IMG/VR virus record: IMGVR_UViG_3300042516_005475
Location: 124,001-188,000 of that record
Reading direction: 5' to 3' (one strand)
DNA length: 64,000 nucleotides
Shown here: piece by piece, positions 10,212-19,657 of the stretch
Position numbering within the stretch: position 1 is the first letter of the stretch
Layout: each line of letters starts with the position of its first letter
The notes under the pieces: model-generated
What the model was told of the DNA's origin: nothing
The model's database searches: none
The model's input: the letters and a program-made list of their open reading frames with translations, nothing else
Position numbers and translations under genes: made by a program

Positions 10212-10761
10212 TAAACTTTTTGTAATTTCAGATACTCATTTTTGCCACAATAACATTATCAAGTACTGCAACCGACCTTTCGAAAATGCAGACCTCATGA
10301 ACGAAGTCCTTATTGACAATTGGAACAAAACTGTCAATAAGGACGATGTTATTTTACACTTAGGAGATATTACTGCTGGAGCAGGTCAGCAAAAAGATCA
10401 AAGAACTAAAGAAATTCTGGCTAGATTAAACGGTAAGAAACTTTTTATTCGTGGCAATCACGATTCAGGCATTAAATGTGTTCAGATGCTTGATGCTGTT
10501 ACTTTTAGCTGGTGTGGCATAAGAATTCACTGCACACATATTCCTGACTACAGATTCCAACCTTTTGGAGATTTTCACTTGCATGGACACATACATCAGA
10601 ATACAATAAAACTAGAGGGTAGCTTCAACTGCTCAGTTGAGAATATTAACTATACCCCAATTAGACTATCAGAAATTATAGAAAGGCATTATGACAGTAA
10701 AATTAACTCCAGAGGAAGTGACGCAGTGCGAGACCTTTGCGAAGCAGGTTGCGGAAGCTAA
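10195..10761 (+). CDS. Calcineurin-like metallophosphoesterase
   Basis: ISDTHF, HLGD, RGNHD, HGHIH motifs; start moved to ATG 10195. Confidence 0.9.
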   Translation: MELNSNKLFVISDTHFCHNNIIKYCNRPFENADLMNEVLIDNWNKTVNKDDVILHLGDITAGAGQQKDQRTKEILARLNGKKLFIRGNHDSGIKCVQMLDAVTFSWCGIRIHCTHIPDYRFQPFGDFHLHGHIHQNTIKLEGSFNCSVENINYTPIRLSEIIERHYDSKINSRGSDAVRDLCEAGCGS

Positions 10762-11158
10762 AAAAGGAACCTATGGTCCTACTTTTCTCAAGCATTTTAC
10801 TCTTGGCATCAAAGGGGAACTAGCCTATGCCAAGATTTTTAATCTTGAAACTAACTTTGCTATTTATGAGGGTAAGAAAGGTGATGGTGGTACTGATTTC
10901 GATGGTGTTAATGTTAAGACTGTCTCTAAAGGTCTCTCTTCTACTAATGATCCATGGCTCAAAGTTTCTGTTAAGCAGCACAATCGTTATCGTGGCAAGG
11001 TAAAAAAGTATGCTCTTGTAGTTGAAACAGGAGATAATGAGTTTCAATATCAGGGGAGTATCGACTATTATAATTTTGAAAAGATTAAACGCACCATTGA
11101 ATTTGGTGATGGACAAGCTTATTATGTAAAAGTAAAAGACTTGACAACCAATGTTTGA
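10691..11158 (+). CDS. Hypothetical protein, possible PD-(D/E)XK nuclease fold
   Basis: KGELAY...GDGGTDF...NVKT pattern. Confidence 0.45.
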   Translation: MTVKLTPEEVTQCETFAKQVAEAKKGTYGPTFLKHFTLGIKGELAYAKIFNLETNFAIYEGKKGDGGTDFDGVNVKTVSKGLSSTNDPWLKVSVKQHNRYRGKVKKYALVVETGDNEFQYQGSIDYYNFEKIKRTIEFGDGQAYYVKVKDLTTNV

Positions 11159-11345
11159 TATGAACATAAACGAATTTGAAAGAACTAAACCTGTTGTAAC
11201 AATGCAGAAGATTAATAATCTTCTTGAACGCATTGAAGAAGAGCGAGTTAAGACTGAAATTTTATATAAAGATAGGACTCGAAGTCTTGATGAAATAAAA
11301 AACCTCTTACAAGATGTAAAGGAAAGCTTTAAAAAAGGAGAATAA
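11151..11345 (+). CDS. Small hypothetical protein
   Basis: ORF track; coupled to neighbouring genes. Confidence 0.5.
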   Translation: MFDMNINEFERTKPVVTMQKINNLLERIEEERVKTEILYKDRTRSLDEIKNLLQDVKESFKKGE

Positions 11346-11587
11346 TGAAAGAATACGCAACTATAATTACCCGCAAACACCCAACCTTAAATTATGGGCA
11401 AACTGTTGATATAATTGACTTTAATGAAAATACTGATGAGGTAAAAATTAAGCCTCACGGTGATAAAAAGACTTACATTATGTATTTTAAAGAAGTATGG
11501 CCAAGCTATATGACACAAGACTGTAATTATGAGCAACTGAACAAAGACCTTGACCAGTTGGGAGAATTCGACTATATTAAAAAGTAA
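11345..11587 (+). CDS. Small hypothetical protein
   Basis: ORF track; TAATG overlap. Confidence 0.5.
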   Translation: MKEYATIITRKHPTLNYGQTVDIIDFNENTDEVKIKPHGDKKTYIMYFKEVWPSYMTQDCNYEQLNKDLDQLGEFDYIKK

Positions 11588-11795
11588 TATGATGATTACC
11601 CAAACATTTGTTAATGCCGAAAAGGTTCAAGAAATACTTTTCAAGTATGGTACTACCTTTGAACGACCAGTAAATTTAAACGACTTTGCAAAAGAGATTA
11701 ATAGTTGCTGCAATACTTACAGTTTGCTTAGTACGCAACAATCTAATCTCAATGGTACTGCATTTGAAGTTTCCTATACAAATGGTAACTAATGT

Positions 11796-11993
11796 ATGCC
11801 TACACTGGACCATGCATTCGAGTTAACTGAAAAGCTTGGCGAAGAAAAAATTGAGTATCTCGTTATCTGTATTCAGAAATCAAAGGATACGGATAACGCT
11901 ACTTATTTTTTAAACGTCAATGATAACACAGTCCCAACCTTAATGAAAGTTATCAAAGATGTATTGAAAGATCTTGAGAGTCGATTGGATTAA
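11796..11993 (+). CDS. Small hypothetical protein
   Basis: ORF track. Confidence 0.5.
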   Translation: MPTLDHAFELTEKLGEEKIEYLVICIQKSKDTDNATYFLNVNDNTVPTLMKVIKDVLKDLESRLD

Positions 11994-12017
11994 AAAAACT
12001 TTTTCTTAAATAAGTTT

Positions 12018-12230
12018 ATGAAAACTATACATGGTTTAAGAGAGCAACTAGCAAAAGCTGCAAGCATTTCTGAAATAGATTCACTCTTACAGAAGTGTGA
12101 GATTTACAAGGAAGCTACAATAGATACAAAGAGGCGTTGGATTAATACTGCTCGTAAGAGAGCTAACGAGCTAGAAGCTAGCAATATTGTTACTGAAAAG
12201 CCTAAAAAGGCTAAGAAGAGCAATAAATAA
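12018..12230 (+). CDS. Small hypothetical protein
   Basis: ORF track. Confidence 0.5.
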   Translation: MKTIHGLREQLAKAASISEIDSLLQKCEIYKEATIDTKRRWINTARKRANELEASNIVTEKPKKAKKSNK

Positions 12231-12234
12231 TTGT

Positions 12235-12816
12235 ATGAACAGCAATATTAACAATAGTATCTTTGAAGCCTATGTTAAGTCAAAGACTCCAATTGTAGAA
12301 AATAAACAAGATAGTCAACAAGTAATCGAAGAAGCTAAGAGCAAGAAACCTGATGCAGATAAAGACGGTGTGCCTGATTGGGCAGATAAGCACCCTGGAA
12401 AGGACGATCACGCTGGAAAGAAGAAGGGTGGAAAGAAAGGAATGAGCGCAAAGCAGGCTAAGTTTTTCGGTAAGAAGAAAAAGAAAGCAGTAAAAGAAAA
12501 CGTTAATTTAAATGCTGATCAGAAAGTACTAAAAGAAAACTTCAGAGCAATTCTACAAAAGAACGGTTTATCAGATCTAGTTACACCAAAGATTATTAAA
12601 GCAATGCTAGAGGCCTTTGCGTTAGGTAAATCAGTAAATGAGTCAAGTGATGAAAAAGCTAAGCTAAAAGCAGAACATGATGAAATAAAGAAGAACCTAG
12701 CAAGCATGAGCGATGAAAATAGAGGACATGATTATAAAAACCGTTTAGCTAAAAGACTAAAAGAAATAAAAGATAAATTAAAAAACACAGTAGGTTATAC
12801 AAACAAAGGAGAATAA
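12235..12816 (+). CDS. Lys-rich hypothetical virion protein
   Basis: Start moved to ATG 12235 (ATAAATA at 12223); PDADKDGVPDWAD EF-hand-like loop; repeated xxE sites. Confidence 0.55.
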   Translation: MNSNINNSIFEAYVKSKTPIVENKQDSQQVIEEAKSKKPDADKDGVPDWADKHPGKDDHAGKKKGGKKGMSAKQAKFFGKKKKKAVKENVNLNADQKVLKENFRAILQKNGLSDLVTPKIIKAMLEAFALGKSVNESSDEKAKLKAEHDEIKKNLASMSDENRGHDYKNRLAKRLKEIKDKLKNTVGYTNKGE

Positions 12817-12820
12817 AATT

Positions 12821-12848
12821 AACCCGCTAAGAAATTAGCGGGTTTTTT
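12821..12848 (+). terminator. Rho-independent terminator
   Basis: aacccgctaa-gaaa-ttagcgggtt followed by a T-tract. Confidence 0.85.
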
Positions 12849-12884
12849 GTAGTTGAAAATAACGAGCTTTCTATAAATCTCTAT

Positions 12885-14258
12885 GTGAGAAAGCTAGTTA
12901 ATGTATTAATTCCAATGGCAGGAGCTGGTAGCAGATTTCACCAGGCTGGATATTCTGTACCTAAACCTCTTATTAAAGTCTTTGAAAAGACAATGATAAG
13001 AACCTCTGTTGATACATTAAAGCTCAAGGGTATCGACTGTAATTACATATTTGTCGCGCGTCGCTATAAAGAGCAAGAACACAATGATGCTCTCAAGAAA
13101 GAACTTCTTAGTATAGATCCAGAAGCTACTATTGTTTACGTTAACGAGCTAACAGAAGGGTCTGCATGCACTTGTTTATATGCTAAATATGTCATGAACA
13201 AAGACTTACCGTTGTTCATCTTTAATTGTGACCAGGTTTTTAATTTCTCACAGAGAACAATTGATACAATTTATAACATTGTAAACTCTAACTTAAACGG
13301 GGCAGTAATTACATGGAAGGATACTAACCCTAAGAACAGTTTTTGTGAGGTTAGTGAAAATTGTCTTTGTTATAATTTTACTGAAAAACAACCAGTATCA
13401 GATAATGCCTTAATTGGTTTTCATTACTGGAGGAAAACGGGGGATTTTATTTCATCTGCAGAAAAGATGGTTGAACAAAAGCTAAAGTTTAACAATGAAT
13501 ACTACATTGCTCCTACTTACAACTTTCTAGATAAAATTATTAACATACCTATTACAAAAGACGAGTGCTATCTAATAGGTACTCCAGCTGATTTAGATAA
13601 CTATTTAGAGAAACCAAAAATAACAACAGTCTTGTTTGATTTAGATGGTGTTATTGCTGATACAGAAGAACTTCATACAAGAGCATTTAAACAGGCTGTA
13701 GGGGAGTTTGGGTATTGTGAAGAGTTTGTGGATTATGTTCCCTTTAATTTAACTACAGAAGAAAAAGTAGATGCTTTAGCAAATAAATTCAACAAGAGCA
13801 AATGTATATTAGACTTAAAGAAAGAAATAGTTGAGCGCAAGAGAGCTATTTACGAGGAACTCCTTTGCAGGCATACCTTTACTACTGAGGAAGAATTAGC
13901 TAAAGTATTCAGCTATCTAGAACAACAAAAGATAAACTACTATGTTGTTACTAATTCAAGTAGGTTTAGTAGTTATAAACTTCTACGAAAGTTAGGCTTT
14001 TATAGTTTGCTTAAGCATCAGATAATCTGCGCTGATGATTGTAAAATGCATAAGCCAAATGCTGAGCCTTATGTAAGAGCTATATTAAAATTTGGATTAG
14101 ATATTAATACAACTATAGCCATTGAAGATAGCGACGAAGGTTATAAGAGCGCAACCTCTGCAGGTTTACAATGTCTTAAAATAAAAGACGCTCAACAATG
14201 TACATTAAATTTTATAAAAGATACAATAGCTAATGGTAGATTCATGAGTAATTGTTGA
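12885..14258 (+). CDS. Sugar-nucleotidyltransferase (NTP transferase) fused to HAD-family phosphatase
   Basis: IPMAGAGSRF...PKPLI...GSACT; C-terminal FDLDGVI...KPNAEPY...IEDS. Confidence 0.85.
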   Translation: MRKLVNVLIPMAGAGSRFHQAGYSVPKPLIKVFEKTMIRTSVDTLKLKGIDCNYIFVARRYKEQEHNDALKKELLSIDPEATIVYVNELTEGSACTCLYAKYVMNKDLPLFIFNCDQVFNFSQRTIDTIYNIVNSNLNGAVITWKDTNPKNSFCEVSENCLCYNFTEKQPVSDNALIGFHYWRKTGDFISSAEKMVEQKLKFNNEYYIAPTYNFLDKIINIPITKDECYLIGTPADLDNYLEKPKITTVLFDLDGVIADTEELHTRAFKQAVGEFGYCEEFVDYVPFNLTTEEKVDALANKFNKSKCILDLKKEIVERKRAIYEELLCRHTFTTEEELAKVFSYLEQQKINYYVVTNSSRFSSYKLLRKLGFYSLLKHQIICADDCKMHKPNAEPYVRAILKFGLDINTTIAIEDSDEGYKSATSAGLQCLKIKDAQQCTLNFIKDTIANGRFMSNC

Positions 14259-14269
14259 TAATTACATTC

Positions 14270-14590
14270 ATGGATGTTTCACACATTTCAAAATTTACTG
14301 GTGGTTGGTTCATTGGAGATTTTGAACCATCATTGCTTAAAGGTGCTGGATTTGAGGCTAGTTTAAAACTTCATAAGAAGGGTGAGTACTGGCCAATTCA
14401 TTTTCATAAGACTGCAACCGAATACAATGTAGTAGTTGTAGGTAGAATGACTATTCAAAATGTTGAGCTTGATGCTGGTAACGTTTTTGTTCTACACCCA
14501 TACGAAATTGCTAATCCAATCTTTCACGAAGATACAATTATTGTTTGTATCAAGCACCCAGGTAAAACTAACGACAAATTTAACGTATGA
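14270..14590 (+). CDS. Cupin-fold protein
   Basis: GGWFIGDF...HFHK..TEYNVVVVG. Confidence 0.65.
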   Translation: MDVSHISKFTGGWFIGDFEPSLLKGAGFEASLKLHKKGEYWPIHFHKTATEYNVVVVGRMTIQNVELDAGNVFVLHPYEIANPIFHEDTIIVCIKHPGKTNDKFNV

Positions 14591-15105
14591 GCTACACTCT
14601 TTATGCCCACAGAGGCAATTTGTTTGGACCTAAACCTGAACTCGAGAATACTCCAGATTATATCGACCAGGCCATTAAATTTGGATTTAATGTTGAAGTA
14701 GATGTTTGGTTAAAGGATGACGGTAATTTATATCTTGGTCACGATAAACCAGACACCCTAGTTTCTTTTGAATATTTGTTTCTTAGACATGATAACTTAT
14801 TAATTCATGCTAAGAATATAGAAGCCTTACTCTACTTATCTTCAAGAACAAGATTAAATGTATTTTACCATACCGACGAACATGTTGTAATATCATCTAA
14901 CGGCAACTTAATTTTTCATCCAGATAATTACCCAGATGCAGTTACTCCTAACGATTGTATCTTTAGCATGCCAGAGCTCAGCAAAACAAAGCTCTTCCCA
15001 TATAAGAATTTAATTACAGACTACGCTGGAACATTACACACATTTTATGGTTCTAGAGATGAAGATGATAAGCGTCTATTGCCTGAAATCCTTAGATATT
15101 TCTAA
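14587..15105 (+). CDS. Glycerophosphodiester phosphodiesterase-like protein
   Basis: YAHRGN...ENT...VEVDVW...LGHD...IHAKN. Confidence 0.75.
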   Translation: MSYTLYAHRGNLFGPKPELENTPDYIDQAIKFGFNVEVDVWLKDDGNLYLGHDKPDTLVSFEYLFLRHDNLLIHAKNIEALLYLSSRTRLNVFYHTDEHVVISSNGNLIFHPDNYPDAVTPNDCIFSMPELSKTKLFPYKNLITDYAGTLHTFYGSRDEDDKRLLPEILRYF

Positions 15106-15107
15106 TA

Positions 15108-15722
15108 ATGACTGATTACGCTAATCTAGATTACCCTAACAATTTAACCCTAAAGCAAGAGTTAATTAAATTAATTGATTTGCTTAATGCTAATAAAATA
15201 CATTATTGGGTAGACTTCGCAACATTAGCTAAAATAACAAACAACTCAAAATATCTTTACTATTTAAATAGCTTTGAAATAGGGGTATTTGAAGACGTCT
15301 ATAAAGATGTAACAGACATAATTGCTAAAAATAGTTTCTATGTTTGGCAAAGCTCCGACTTACTTACAAATATTGCTAACCCTGAATTACCAGTATTAAA
15401 AACTTCAACAAAGTTTATATCTGGACCAGAAATTGTTATACAAAGCCCTTTAAAGTGGTTAACAATTTGGAATTATAAGCTCATTGAAAACAATCTTACA
15501 TCTTTAAAAACACAAAAGGATTTTGTTTACAATAAAGAAATATTTCTTGAAGTAAAAGAAGTAGAATACTGTGGTATAAAACTCAACATACCTAAGAATG
15601 TTGAGTTGCTAAACAGAATTAGGTTTACTGACCCTAAAAAGCTAATTTGGTGCCATTCTCCAAAGAAGAGAGAAAATGCTGAAAGTAATTTTGGTTATTG
15701 TAATCTCGGAAACTACAAATGA
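15108..15722 (+). CDS. LicD-like nucleotidyl/phosphotransferase (degenerate)
   Basis: LIDLLNANKIHYWVDFATL N-terminus and LNIPKN C-terminus; the DxD position is not canonical. Confidence 0.45.
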   Translation: MTDYANLDYPNNLTLKQELIKLIDLLNANKIHYWVDFATLAKITNNSKYLYYLNSFEIGVFEDVYKDVTDIIAKNSFYVWQSSDLLTNIANPELPVLKTSTKFISGPEIVIQSPLKWLTIWNYKLIENNLTSLKTQKDFVYNKEIFLEVKEVEYCGIKLNIPKNVELLNRIRFTDPKKLIWCHSPKKRENAESNFGYCNLGNYK

Positions 15723-16495
15723 AAATAGCTGTATTATTAACCGGAATGCCTAGATACCTTGATACTAATAAGGTACTGATGAAAGACTTCTTTAAAGGTC
15801 ATGAGGTTGATTACTTTTGTCATGCATGGTTTGATAAGACAAAAAAGACTGAAGAAAAGAGCTGGCATAAAACAAACATTAATATTGACCCACACACAGA
15901 AGAAAAGATTGTTGAAATTTTTAAACCTAAAAATTATCTTTTAGAACCTCAAAGACAATTTGAATTGCCTCGAAATTACAATTATAACACCGGCTTCCAG
16001 CAACCGTTTTTTATAGTTTATTCTCATTTTTATTCTGTAAAGACAGCCAATTTGCTTCGATTGGCGTATGAGAAAGAAACAGGAGTTAAATACGATGTTG
16101 TTTTTAAGTTAAGGTATGATTTGTTCATAGGAAACAAACTTCGCTGGGAAAAGTATGATTTAAACAAACTATACCTACACGACAATTGCAACACCTGGGC
16201 GGAATTATACGATAATGTTTCTTTTAATGACATGATTGCATTTTCAAAACCTGAAAATATGAATGTTTACTGCGATGTGTTCGATAATATTGATAACATG
16301 TATATGAACAATCAAATGAGATTTTCATGTGAGAATTTTGTAGCATATCAATTGTTATCTCATGATATAGATGTTGTGCCTATATATTTTACAAGAGCTT
16401 TGTTGCTTAGAGAAAATAATACATTTGATTTATCTGTAGGTATTAGATATCAAATGAATGATCTAGAAAAACTAATCTGTCATAACAATGATTAA
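15719..16495 (+). CDS. Putative glycosyltransferase-like protein
   Basis: KIAVLLTGMPR...YFCHAW...YDVVFKLRYDL...NDMIAFS. Confidence 0.6.
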   Translation: MKIAVLLTGMPRYLDTNKVLMKDFFKGHEVDYFCHAWFDKTKKTEEKSWHKTNINIDPHTEEKIVEIFKPKNYLLEPQRQFELPRNYNYNTGFQQPFFIVYSHFYSVKTANLLRLAYEKETGVKYDVVFKLRYDLFIGNKLRWEKYDLNKLYLHDNCNTWAELYDNVSFNDMIAFSKPENMNVYCDVFDNIDNMYMNNQMRFSCENFVAYQLLSHDIDVVPIYFTRALLLRENNTFDLSVGIRYQMNDLEKLICHNND

Positions 16496-17180
16496 AAACG
16501 TGACGTTAGTAGCAGTTTCTAGTATAAAACTAGAACCAACTCTATTTGCTTTAATTCATTCAAATAGGTACCTTTATTTTGATAGGGTTTTATTTTTAAC
16601 TCATGCGAAGAGAGAACAATTCTATCATGTTCCAAGTTATGTAGATATGATAGAAATACCTGAGTTAAAAAGCAAAGATGAATACTCAAAGTTCATGCTG
16701 TATGAGTTTAAAAATTATATTAACACAGAACATTGCTTAACTGTACAATATGATGGTTTTGTTTTACACCCGGATAAATGGAATAAAGAATGGCTTCAGT
16801 ATGATTATATTGGAGCTCCATGGCCACCATTCTATAGAAACAGAGAGAATACAAATAATTTAGTTCGTGTTGGTAATGGTGGTTTCTCCTTGAGATCTAA
16901 CAAGTTTATTAATACCTATACAAAACTCAATTTACCCCTAATAAATGATGGTCTTGTAGGTATAGCCGAAGACCATCAACAATGTTGCATGTATCATGAC
17001 ACATTTGTAAATAATGGCATTAACTTTGCACCAGTGGATGTTGCAAAGTTTTTTGCACATGAAAATCACGCCTTGACACCTGAAACAACAAGAGACATAA
17101 GACCTTTTGGATTTCATCAATGTCGAGGATATATAGCTATAGACGAATATGAAAGATTCCCTTACCCAACGTTTAACTGA
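16488..17180 (+). CDS. Putative glycosyltransferase (DUF5672-like)
   Basis: VQYDGFV...YDYIGAPW...VGNGGFSLRS...AEDH...AKFFAHE...FGFH. Confidence 0.75.
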   Translation: MIKNVTLVAVSSIKLEPTLFALIHSNRYLYFDRVLFLTHAKREQFYHVPSYVDMIEIPELKSKDEYSKFMLYEFKNYINTEHCLTVQYDGFVLHPDKWNKEWLQYDYIGAPWPPFYRNRENTNNLVRVGNGGFSLRSNKFINTYTKLNLPLINDGLVGIAEDHQQCCMYHDTFVNNGINFAPVDVAKFFAHENHALTPETTRDIRPFGFHQCRGYIAIDEYERFPYPTFN

Positions 17181-17206
17181 AGAAATTAACGCAGCGACTC
17201 ATTTAC

Positions 17207-17566
17207 TTGAGAGAAGTTGGAATTCTTCTTATAGAGAAGCCTATTTACAAGGTAAGATTTACGCCTATAAGAAAATGCTTGAACTTGAAGAAAAAAAGAG
17301 CTATACTAAAAAGCATGCCGATGCTGGACAATAATGAGATGTTTGATGACTATAGTGACCCAGAAAAAGACAATGTAGAAGCTACTCTATCTGTTTATGG
17401 TACTAATGTCAAGGTTGAGAAAAACACAGTTGTAATTTTTAACCACAAAAATAAATCAGGACAAGATTTTAAAAAAGAAGCTGATTTTATTGTTGAATAC
17501 CTTATAAGTGAAGGTTACGTAAATAAGAAAAAGTTCAAAGTTAAAATTATAACAACCTCTCTATAA
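17207..17566 (+). CDS. Hypothetical protein (true start probably internal)
   Basis: ORF track; IVEYLISEGY motif. Confidence 0.45.
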   Translation: MREVGILLIEKPIYKVRFTPIRKCLNLKKKRAILKSMPMLDNNEMFDDYSDPEKDNVEATLSVYGTNVKVEKNTVVIFNHKNKSGQDFKKEADFIVEYLISEGYVNKKKFKVKIITTSL

Positions 17567-18465
17567 TGGCTCAAGAAACATCAAAAGCTAATTCTTTACG
17601 CAGAAGCAAAGAAACAAATTACATAAATAAATTCTTTGTAGGTAAAGGCATTGATGTTGGAGCAGGAGCAAACCCTCTTAATTACCAAAAGATTAGTTAT
17701 AGAGATAGTGCTTTCTTTAGCAATTATAGATTTTTTAAAAATAACTCCTATTTTCCAAAGATTGACAGTGTAAAGATATATTCTAGCGACTGGGATAGCA
17801 ACAATGAGGCTGAGGCAATACTTAAAAGAGAGGGCATTAGAAAATACGATTTCTGTTACTCTTCTAATTTGCTAGAACATGTTAAAAATTTTCAGAGATC
17901 CCTTTTAGATTTTTCTTTAGTAACAAAAGCTAATGGGTATGTAATTTCTTGTGTACCGGATTTCTTATTATATGAAAAGGAAATTTGGCCCTCAATAAAA
18001 AACAAAGACCATATTTCTTGTTTTTCAATTAACAGAGATATTAATTTTGATACCCACTATAATTTATCAAAAGTTTTAAGCTATCATACAAATCTACAAG
18101 TAGTTAAACTAGAGTTAGCGGATACTTTGTATGATTATAGTGTAGATGATAAAGATATTGATCAAACAAACACTGAACCTCATGGAGCAGAGTGCTTTAT
18201 TGAGTTTGTTTGTAAAGTACTACCTGAGTCATGCTATAACAATTACGCAATTATTTCTCCGTTAGATTTCTTATCATTAGATTATAGAGATATTACACAA
18301 GACGTGTTAGTAGTTCAAGACACTCTCTCTGAAACAGAAAAACTAAGAATAGCCAATTTGCCGTATTCAGAAACTTATATCCCTTTGGCTGATAGTATTC
18401 AAAATACCTTCCCTGTGTTTATTAACAAAAACTACATAGCTAAGTTTAAGAACTCCCTTAAATAA
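17566..18465 (+). CDS. Class I SAM-dependent methyltransferase
   Basis: GIDVGAG, YDFCYSSNLLEHV; paralog of 2535..3128. Confidence 0.8.
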   Translation: MAQETSKANSLRRSKETNYINKFFVGKGIDVGAGANPLNYQKISYRDSAFFSNYRFFKNNSYFPKIDSVKIYSSDWDSNNEAEAILKREGIRKYDFCYSSNLLEHVKNFQRSLLDFSLVTKANGYVISCVPDFLLYEKEIWPSIKNKDHISCFSINRDINFDTHYNLSKVLSYHTNLQVVKLELADTLYDYSVDDKDIDQTNTEPHGAECFIEFVCKVLPESCYNNYAIISPLDFLSLDYRDITQDVLVVQDTLSETEKLRIANLPYSETYIPLADSIQNTFPVFINKNYIAKFKNSLK

Positions 18466-18470
18466 TATGT

Positions 18471-18815
18471 GTGGGCTTTCTGTATATTATTACAAATCCT
18501 AGCTTTCCTGGTTGGGTCAAAATTGGTACAACTACTAATTTTAGAACTAGGCTTCAGACTTATCAGACATCTTCCCCGTTTAGGGATTATAAAGTAGAGT
18601 TTCTCCTTGAACACCCAGATTATTTAAGAGCTGAAAAGCGCATTCATGAGACAATGAGAATGTTTTGCCTTGATCGTAAAAAAGAATGGTTTAGAGTTGA
18701 CTTCTCGGTAGCAAGAGCTAGAATAGAGGAAGATCTGAATGAGTTTTTGCATCCTGAAGATGATCCAGTAAAACAGATTATAAAAAGGAGTTGCATAAAT
18801 AAAATTTTCAATTAA
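18471..18815 (+). CDS. GIY-YIG-like T5orf172-family protein
   Basis: FLYII...WVKIGTT...RLQTYQTSSP...AEKRIH...EWF. Confidence 0.8.
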   Translation: MGFLYIITNPSFPGWVKIGTTTNFRTRLQTYQTSSPFRDYKVEFLLEHPDYLRAEKRIHETMRMFCLDRKKEWFRVDFSVARARIEEDLNEFLHPEDDPVKQIIKRSCINKIFN

Positions 18816-18842
18816 TATAAATAATAGTAAGTTCTTTGATAT

Positions 18843-19222
18843 GGGCCTGTACTGGTTTCGATTTAACAAACTAATATAGTGTTGCACGTAGATGTTGATC
18901 GGTTGGCATCTTAAAAAGCTGATCAAAAGTTAAACGCTGAATATAGCTATGACTACGAGGCTAAGGCTGACTCTTTTGAGTACGACTTCGCTTCTGAATC
19001 CGCTGTAGCCTAAGGGCTGCACCAGACCTACTCTAAACTTGTAAGGTAGAGTCTGCTATACAAGTATCTAGTTACTATGGTAGTAAGTAGCTGGATTATT
19101 GCTACCGAAAATCTGAGTTAGGTTGTTGCTTAGTAACCTCAGATTATACAAAGCAAATAAGCGTGTAGAAGCATTATAGTATTGGGTTAAAGACGCAGGT
19201 TCAACTCCTGCCAGGTCCACCA
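18843..19222 (+). ncRNA. ssrA: tmRNA
   Basis: 5' GGGCCTG pairs with 3' CAGGTCC-A-CCA including G3:U70; GGTTTCGA D-like loop; T arm GCAGG-TTCAACT-CCTGC; tag ORF 18936..19013 AEYSYDYEAKADSFEYDFASESAVA*. Confidence 0.93.
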
Positions 19223-19227
19223 ATTTC

Positions 19228-19315
19228 GGAAGGGTGGCAGAGTGGTTTAATGCAGCGGTCTTGAAAACCGCAGTGGGTAAAACCACCGGGGGTTCGAATC
19301 CCTCTCCTTCCTCCA
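19228..19315 (+). tRNA. tRNA-Ser(TGA)
   Basis: Cloverleaf with long variable arm, loop CTTGAAA, encoded CCA. Confidence 0.92.
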
Positions 19316-19316
19316 T

Positions 19317-19408
19317 GGAAAAGACGTGAATGTCGGTTTTTCACAGCAGTTTGCTAAACTGCCGAGGTGTAACAGCCTCCGTGAGTTCAACTCTCACCTT
19401 TTCCGCCA
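19317..19408 (+). tRNA. tRNA-Ser(GCT)
   Basis: GGAAAAG/CTTTTCC acceptor, loop TTGCTAA, long variable arm, CCA. Confidence 0.9.
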
Positions 19409-19415
19409 TTTCAAT

Positions 19416-19489
19416 TGGGGTATTGCATAATGGTAGTGCAGAGGTCTTTGAAGCCTCTTGCGGGAGTTCGATTCTCTCTACCCCAACCA
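19416..19489 (+). tRNA. tRNA-Gln(TTG)
   Basis: TGGGGTA/TACCCCA acceptor, loop CTTTGAA, CCA. Confidence 0.92.
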
Positions 19490-19495
19490 ATTTAT

Positions 19496-19570
19496 GGGCT
19501 GTTAGTGATAGTGGTAGCACGGGAGCTTTGCAAGCTTTAGGGAAGAGTTCGATTCTCTTACGGTCCACCA
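19496..19570 (+). tRNA. tRNA-Ala(TGC)
   Basis: G3:U70, loop TTTGCAA, CCA. Confidence 0.9.
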
Positions 19571-19583
19571 TAAATATTGTGAT

Positions 19584-19657
19584 GCGGGTATAGCTTAATG
19601 GTAAAGTGCCAGTCTTCCAAACTGGCTATGCGGGTTCGATTCCCGCTACCCGCTCCA
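19584..19657 (+). tRNA. tRNA-Gly(TCC)
   Basis: GCGGGTA/TACCCGC acceptor, loop CTTCCAA, U73, CCA. Confidence 0.93.

Noticed and set aside
19228-19315. U73 in tRNA-Ser(TGA), and C54 plus a stem mismatch in tRNA-Phe (32432)
   Set aside because: Single-position deviations within the range common for phage tRNAs; not enough alone to claim novelty.
19068-19593. ORF-track entries 19068..19316, 19330..19593 and 19341..19571
   Set aside because: They overlap tmRNA/tRNA genes; the translations (GFEP, GVEP, RIELP) are typical antisense-tRNA artefacts.
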